From Candidatus Zixiibacteriota bacterium (lineage in GTDB: Bacteria > Zixibacteria > MSB-5A5 > WJJR01 > JAJRUJ01), in assembly GCA_024277855.1 (NCBI GenBank), contig JAJRUJ010000060.1, positions 5,948 through 69,947 of the forward strand: a stretch of DNA of 64,000 bases. The letters are read 5' to 3'. Position 1 is the first letter of the stretch; each line of letters opens with the position of its first letter. The translations under genes and the position numbers were made by a program. Shown here piece by piece: positions 59,169-64,000 of this stretch. Below the pieces are notes generated by a model. That model did not search any database. It had not been told where the DNA came from and saw only the letters and a list, made by a program, of their open reading frames with translations.

Positions 59169-59669
59169 ATGACAATCAGAAAATCTTTCGCCTGTTTGCT
59201 GTTGGTTATATTAACGATGTCTGCAGTCATCGGTGGTTGCAGCAATTCCGAACCGGAAAATCTTAAAATGCCCGCGGATCGCACGCGGCGGGATGACCAG
59301 GACCATTTCCGCAAGATGCTCAAGGATTTTGAAAAATGGACAAACCAACATAAACCGGATAAGTTCAAACCCTATCTCGCGGAGAAATTCGACGCCGCGC
59401 ATTTTGTCGACACCCTCTGGGCGGGTGTTGACGCGGATCGAATTGAGTTCGCCGTCCGCCGGATGCGGACCTGGCCTGACGAGGCCCGGCTGTTGGCCGA
59501 GGCCAAGCTGATGCGGGGCGACCAGTTAGTACGTACTACCATATTCGGAATTGACTTGGTATTTGTTGAAGTTCAGCAACGCTGGCTGGCGGTTCAATTT
59601 CAAATTGCCGGTGAGGAAGAAGAGGTCTCCCTGCCTGACGGCAATCCGCTCGACAATAACGACCATTAG
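59169..59669 (+). CDS. Small lipoprotein, function unknown
   Basis: Lipobox LTMSAVIGGCSNS. AGGAG SD 9 nt upstream of the ATG at 59169. Confidence 0.45.
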   Translation: MTIRKSFACLLLVILTMSAVIGGCSNSEPENLKMPADRTRRDDQDHFRKMLKDFEKWTNQHKPDKFKPYLAEKFDAAHFVDTLWAGVDADRIEFAVRRMRTWPDEARLLAEAKLMRGDQLVRTTIFGIDLVFVEVQQRWLAVQFQIAGEEEEVSLPDGNPLDNNDH

Positions 59670-59774
59670 CAACGCTGTAAAACACCGTGTGTCCGGGTGA
59701 ATACCGCGAACGAATTGACCGACCATACGTAAAAAGTGGATGTTATTGACTGGTTATTTTAGGGGATTTTACGG

Positions 59775-60284
59775 ATGAAAAAGGTACTCCCGGCAATGAT
59801 ATTTTTATTGGTTGCCTCGACGGTGATCGGCTTGGGGATCAATGCGGTTAAGCCAGATGGGATTCCCTTAATTGGCGACTATCGCGAAGTCCAGTACGGC
59901 GCCGACTCGGCGATTGTGCCGCCTTCGGCGGAGGAAAGTGATCCGCCGTTCATTACCTTAAAAGAGGCCTATGGATTGTATAACGACCCCGAGACAGTTT
60001 TCCTGGACGCCCGCGATCCGGAGGACTACCGCGCGGGGTATATTACCGGGGCGATCAATCTGCCGTTCGATTGGTTTGACGATTACTGGCCGGATGTCGA
60101 ACCCCGGCTGAACAAGGATGCCGTGATTGTCGTCTATTGTTCCGGCGCCGAATGCGAATTATCACTCTATGAGGGGCGATATCTGGCCGAGGAAGGTTAC
60201 AAAAACATTCGCATTTTCTTTGGTGGCTGGACCGAGTGGGCTGAACAAGGTTTCCCGACCGTTGTTCCCGATGATAACATGTAA
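59775..60284 (+). CDS. Rhodanese-domain sulfurtransferase (periplasmic/secreted)
   Basis: Signal peptide. FLDARDPEDYRAGYITGAINLPF and active-site loop VVYCSGAECE. Confidence 0.75.
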   Translation: MKKVLPAMIFLLVASTVIGLGINAVKPDGIPLIGDYREVQYGADSAIVPPSAEESDPPFITLKEAYGLYNDPETVFLDARDPEDYRAGYITGAINLPFDWFDDYWPDVEPRLNKDAVIVVYCSGAECELSLYEGRYLAEEGYKNIRIFFGGWTEWAEQGFPTVVPDDNM

Positions 60285-60299
60285 CTGAGATCAGAGACT

Positions 60300-60761
60300 A
60301 TGGCGTCTATTTTTAAGAATGAAGTCTTCGGTTTGCTGGCGCGGGTCGCGCTCGGCATTTTGTTTGTCTGGGCCTCAATCGACAAGGCCCTCCATCCGGC
60401 GGCCTTCGCCGAAATCGTCAACAACTATCAACTCCTCCCCGGCGGCATAATAAATATTTTTGCCCTTGTCCTTCCCTGGCTGGAATTGCTTTGCGGCCTG
60501 GCCCTGATCTTCGGAATCCTGATCCGGCCGTCCGCGGCCTGGATCGCTGTCATGCTGGTCATGTTTATCGCCGCGGTTTCCCTGGCGCTCAGCAAAGGGA
60601 TCAATATTGATTGCGGGTGTTTCTCGACATCTTCGCATGCCCGGACCCTCGGCTTGAACCTGATCCTGCAGGATCTCGGGATGCTGTTCCTGGCGGCGAT
60701 CGCTTATTGGTCCAATAGCCGGATGTTGTCAGTGAGTTATGTTTTCAAACGACGTCGATAA
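60300..60761 (+). CDS. MauE/DoxX-family membrane protein
   Basis: Four TM helices with the MauE-type DCGCF motif. Confidence 0.65.
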   Translation: MASIFKNEVFGLLARVALGILFVWASIDKALHPAAFAEIVNNYQLLPGGIINIFALVLPWLELLCGLALIFGILIRPSAAWIAVMLVMFIAAVSLALSKGINIDCGCFSTSSHARTLGLNLILQDLGMLFLAAIAYWSNSRMLSVSYVFKRRR

Positions 60762-61885
60762 CCGCGCAAGTACGACCATCCCGCCGCAAATATGAATCGG
60801 CAATAGCTGTCTTGTCCATTTGCGAGAGAGCAAAACCGTTTCAAAATGTTTTCATCTGAGAGTATGGTCGACATCTTCTGTTTAGACAACCGATAAAAAA
60901 CATCCGCAGCCAACCGGGACTGCCTTAGTGGTCGCATAATCTCATCCCGGCATAGCTCTCGATAAAGCACGGCGGGGGATCGCCCTCCGAAAAGCAGTGC
61001 CTGTGCCGCCAGTTGGCCGGAACGAATGGCAAAGGCAATTCCTTCTCCGGAAAATGCATCAACAAAACCCGCGCTGTCCCCGGCCGGGAGGCATTGATCG
61101 GTGCCCGGCAGCCACCGTTGTCCCCCGCGAGGGAGCAGATGCCCACGCGGCGCGATCAGGTCTCCGGACAGTCCAAGTATCTCCCACGTGCGGCGAAAAT
61201 ATGTTTTCAGTGATTTGACCTGGGTCAGTGGACACCCTATCCCGAGCAACAGGTAATTACCGTGATGCAGCAACCAGCCGAGGCCGGATGGAACATCGCC
61301 AAACATTAACCGGGCGGTTCCCGGTATCAGTGCCAACTGTTGGGCTATCGTTGAGGGAAGTCGTTGTTCTAAACATCCGGCGAACATCTTTGTGGTTTTC
61401 CCCGGACGGCTCGTCTGAATCAATCGTGAGTTCGCGCCGGCAGCAATTATTGCCCCTGTGGCCCGAAAGTGACCATCGCCGGTTTCGATTACTACACCGG
61501 CCGGGTCTTCTCGTATTGCGGTGACTTTCTCATAACGAACTGCTACTCCCGACTTTTGCGCGCACCCGAGCAGGTATTCATCGAATACCGCCCGGTCGAC
61601 AAACACTCCCAGCGGTTTTTCCGGTAAAATCACATTAGTCGTACCGCCACACTGGATTTCCAGCCGCCGGAAAGGATGATCGACGATATCTGCCGGCAAT
61701 GACCCACCCAAATAATGGAGGGCTTGTTGGGATACCCAGCCCCCGCAGAGTTTTGGTCTGGGCATCAGGGATCGTTCCAGGACGAGAACCCGGGCGCCGT
61801 ATTCTGCCGCCTGCCGGGCCGCGGAGCTGCCGGCCGGCCCTCCGCCAATAACAATCACATCGAATGTCCGCGAGCCGGAAATCAT
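60737..61885 (-). CDS. Geranylgeranyl reductase-family FAD-dependent oxidoreductase
   Basis: N-terminal FDVIVIGGGPAGSSAARQAAEYGARVLVLER Rossmann/FAD motif. About 380 aa, typical of the GGR/ChlP/MenJ family. Confidence 0.8.
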   Translation of the reverse strand: MISGSRTFDVIVIGGGPAGSSAARQAAEYGARVLVLERSLMPRPKLCGGWVSQQALHYLGGSLPADIVDHPFRRLEIQCGGTTNVILPEKPLGVFVDRAVFDEYLLGCAQKSGVAVRYEKVTAIREDPAGVVIETGDGHFRATGAIIAAGANSRLIQTSRPGKTTKMFAGCLEQRLPSTIAQQLALIPGTARLMFGDVPSGLGWLLHHGNYLLLGIGCPLTQVKSLKTYFRRTWEILGLSGDLIAPRGHLLPRGGQRWLPGTDQCLPAGDSAGFVDAFSGEGIAFAIRSGQLAAQALLFGGRSPAVLYRELCRDEIMRPLRQSRLAADVFYRLSKQKMSTILSDENILKRFCSLANGQDSYCRFIFAAGWSYLRGYRRRLKT

Positions 61886-61956
61886 CCAATAAATGTAGGG
61901 GAAAGGTCGACCGCGAACAAGGCAGACGAAATTGCCGAGAAATTTCCGGGCCTAAA

Positions 61957-62036
61957 CAATAAAAATGAGTGGGGCCGCCCCCACTCATCTGTCCGTCGGT
62001 AAAAAAATAGAGGGCCCCGGATTCGGAGCCCTCACC
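61957..62036 (-). terminator. Two tandem terminator-like hairpins (minus strand)
   Basis: TGAGTGGGG-CCGC-CCCCACTCA (61966-61987), followed on the minus strand by ATTTTTATT. GAGGGC-N12-GCCCTC (62010-62033), followed on the minus strand by TATTTTTTT. Confidence 0.45.
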
Positions 62037-62465
62037 ACCCCTCTTACTACCCTTCCACCATCTATCTTCAGTACCGCCTGTTTTGTCGTCGATGGGCCGA
62101 ATACTCGTTAGCAAATCTGTTTTGATCCTACCAGATGCCTGTGGTCCGCTCAGGCAATGTCGACAGACTCCTTTTTATCTTCAAGTTTTCGGCCCACCTC
62201 CGGTTACCTAAAAGGAGGATTACGGGTTCGTCCATTTATTAATCAAATCCTGTGCCGTAACATGATAATTCCCCCAGGCGAGGCGTAATGTGTTGATGCG
62301 CTGTGACATACAGTTGCGGCGATTATTGTTTGCCTGCGAGGCGGCCTATAAACAGCAGAATATGCGCCGGCATGGAGGCCAGATTGAGAATGTCGAATTG
62401 TTATCTTATTGTTGTTGTGTTGGTTAGCGATAACGCAGAAACTGCGTGGCTTAGCGCAGGATTAG

Positions 62466-63551
62466 TCATGGTGTGCCCATAAAGGGAATCGGGATGAAAC
62501 AGAGGATGAAGATAATCAGGCAAATCACGGCGATCAAACGACGTCCCGGGCCGACGGGTATCTCGTCAAACAATGTCGGTGGGTGTACCGGCCCCATCAA
62601 CAAGGCGATCGCGCCCCAAATCAGCCAACCGGGCCACCAGAACGATAGTGAGAAAAGCACGACTACCGTTGCGAAACCGAGGAATCTCTGACCTTTTCCC
62701 AGCACGGCATATGCAATATGCCCGCCGTCAAGTGAGCCGACGGGGAGAAGATTGAGCATTGTCACGAGTAACCCGACCCAACCGGCAAAGGCGATCGGAT
62801 CAAGAGCAACATCCATCCCGTCGGGAAGGGGGCCGATCATAACCTGCGACAGGATGCGAAACAGCAGAGAGTCGCCGAGGAAGAACCCGCCGAGACCGGC
62901 CGAGGGGACGATTTCGGAGCGGGCCAAACCGATGATAATCGCCGGAATCGCCACAATGAACCCGGCGATCGGGCCGGCGGCGGCAACATCCATCAAATCC
63001 TTACGATTCCTGATCGGGGAGCGCGACTTAATCACTGCACCGAGTGTCCCGAGGATAAAGAAAAACGGCGCCGGGATAAAATAGGGCAGACTGACATCGA
63101 CACCCCGCAGGCGGGAAAAGGTATAATGTCCCAACTCGTGGAGTAACAAAATCAACAGCAGCCAGAACGTAAAAGGCAGCCCGCTCCAAATTAACGACCA
63201 GTCGTCAAACAGCGCCTCGCCCGAACTGTTTAGAGCCGCGGTAAACAGGACCGAGATAACGGTCAAAACGAAAAGACCGATATTCAGCCAGGGGAATGTC
63301 GCAACCGTACGGCCTGATTTAATTGTCAGCGTATACCGGCCCTCGACACCTTCAAAGGTCGCCCGATATCCTTCGGGATTGAGCCGCGCGTTGGCAAACT
63401 CCTCGAGCATGTCCGGCGGGACACGAGGCGCACCGCGAATGACCGTCGTCTGCCGGTTGGAATAGACCGCCTCACACAAAAACAGGTCGGCGACCAAACC
63501 ACATAGATGGTCGCTCCGCAGGCGGAGTTCTTCTTTGAGTTTTCTTCTCAT
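62466..63551 (-). CDS. Peptidase M50 (site-2-protease-like) intramembrane metalloprotease
   Basis: LLLHELGHYTFSRL (HExxH in a TM helix), downstream DxxAAGPxAGF motif (DVAAAGPIAGFIVA), multiple TM helices. Confidence 0.8.
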   Translation of the reverse strand: MRRKLKEELRLRSDHLCGLVADLFLCEAVYSNRQTTVIRGAPRVPPDMLEEFANARLNPEGYRATFEGVEGRYTLTIKSGRTVATFPWLNIGLFVLTVISVLFTAALNSSGEALFDDWSLIWSGLPFTFWLLLILLLHELGHYTFSRLRGVDVSLPYFIPAPFFFILGTLGAVIKSRSPIRNRKDLMDVAAAGPIAGFIVAIPAIIIGLARSEIVPSAGLGGFFLGDSLLFRILSQVMIGPLPDGMDVALDPIAFAGWVGLLVTMLNLLPVGSLDGGHIAYAVLGKGQRFLGFATVVVLFSLSFWWPGWLIWGAIALLMGPVHPPTLFDEIPVGPGRRLIAVICLIIFILCFIPIPFMGTP

Positions 63552-63557
63552 TAGCGG

Positions 63558-64000
63558 TTAATGGTCGCGCGGGGCGGTCAATTGCCGAATCCGCGCGGCG
63601 ATCTGTTCCTGTCGGACCGGCGTCTCCAGGTCTAAAATATATATCTCATACTCGGCGTCCTGGCTCCCTCGCTCTTTAGCCCCATAAGCAATATACCGTC
63701 CATCAGGGGAATACGCAGGAAACGATTTGTCGCGGCCGTCAAAAGTTATCTGTATCCGGTCCGACCCGTCAGGATTGCACCGGAATAGTTCATCCCCATC
63801 CCGACCGTGGGCGAGGAAGACGATTTTGTTGTTTTGCAGTGATACCGTGGGGTGCCATTCACTCGGATCGTCATTCCAGGTGCGCAGTTGGCTGGTGAGT
63901 CGGACCAGGTTACGACCGAACTGGTCGCCAACATAGACACCCTTATCGTGCAGGAACCCGGCCTGAAACACCATTCGCTTTTCATCGGCAAAAAGCGAAA
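63558..64000 (-). CDS. PD40/WD40-like beta-propeller repeat protein (TolB-like), 5'-partial at window edge
   Basis: PDGRYIAYGAKERGSQDAEYEIYILDL and CNPDGSDRIQITFDGRDKSFPAYSPDGR PD40 repeats. The ORF appears to continue beyond position 64000. Confidence 0.55.
   Translation of the reverse strand, partial: SLFADEKRMVFQAGFLHDKGVYVGDQFGRNLVRLTSQLRTWNDDPSEWHPTVSLQNNKIVFLAHGRDGDELFRCNPDGSDRIQITFDGRDKSFPAYSPDGRYIAYGAKERGSQDAEYEIYILDLETPVRQEQIAARIRQLTAPRDH

Noticed and set aside
62010-62040. tRNA- or tmRNA-like 3' end (GGATTCGGAGCCCTCACCACC)
   Set aside because: There is no 5-bp stem plus 7-nt TPsiC loop, no matching acceptor stem and no upstream cloverleaf. It is better explained as a terminator hairpin.
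1-64000. CRISPR arrays, IS elements, integrases, rRNA and tRNA genes
   Set aside because: No regularly spaced direct repeats, transposase or integrase motifs, or rRNA/tRNA signatures were seen on manual reading.

Overview
High-GC (~60%) bacterial window, apparently from an FCB-superphylum lineage (type IX secretion C-terminal sorting domains, a Bacteroides-type Bat aerotolerance operon, and DUF5683-like proteins combined with sigma-54 regulators and a PilMNOPQ cluster). Coding density is high and almost all genes are on the + strand. Reading left to right: (1) a polysaccharide-type module with a Bac_transf sugar transferase, a PEGA-domain protein, an Fn3-repeat lipoprotein and a PrsK/PrsR-like sensor kinase / sigma-54 regulator pair. 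(2) A second sigma-54 regulator (PilR-like) followed by pilM-pilN-pilO, an unusual AMIN+Pro-rich+PilP fusion, and a short AMIN-less PilQ secretin, then a Big-domain lipoprotein. (3) A ~2 kb AT-rich island encoding a membrane-anchored pentapeptide-repeat protein, a 964-aa secreted protein with a C-terminal dockerin, and a Cas4-like Fe-S PD-(D/E)XK nuclease with a small partner ORF. (4) An S41 C-terminal processing protease. (5) After a ~900 bp AT-rich leader, a T9SS cargo cluster: a C25 gingipain-like peptidase, a PorV/FadL-like barrel carrying an inserted beta-propeller-like segment, an M6-like metalloprotease with FG-GAP repeats and a T9SS CTD, two tandem 'PGxGQxY' DUF5683-like proteins, and an NHL lipoprotein. 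(6) A 1119-aa outer-membrane-type protein, a TamA-like Omp85, and a UbiA prenyltransferase with a DGGGPS-like motif. (7) An expanded Bat operon: DUF4381-like, MoxR, DUF58, TatA, SurA-N-like, DUF4381-like, BatA to BatE. (8) A flippase-like protein, RsgA, rhodanese, MauE/DoxX, a geranylgeranyl-reductase-family flavoprotein, an M50 protease and a partial PD40 protein. No rRNA, tRNA, CRISPR, transposase or integrase was recognised. All calls come from reading motifs in the supplied translations; no database search was run.
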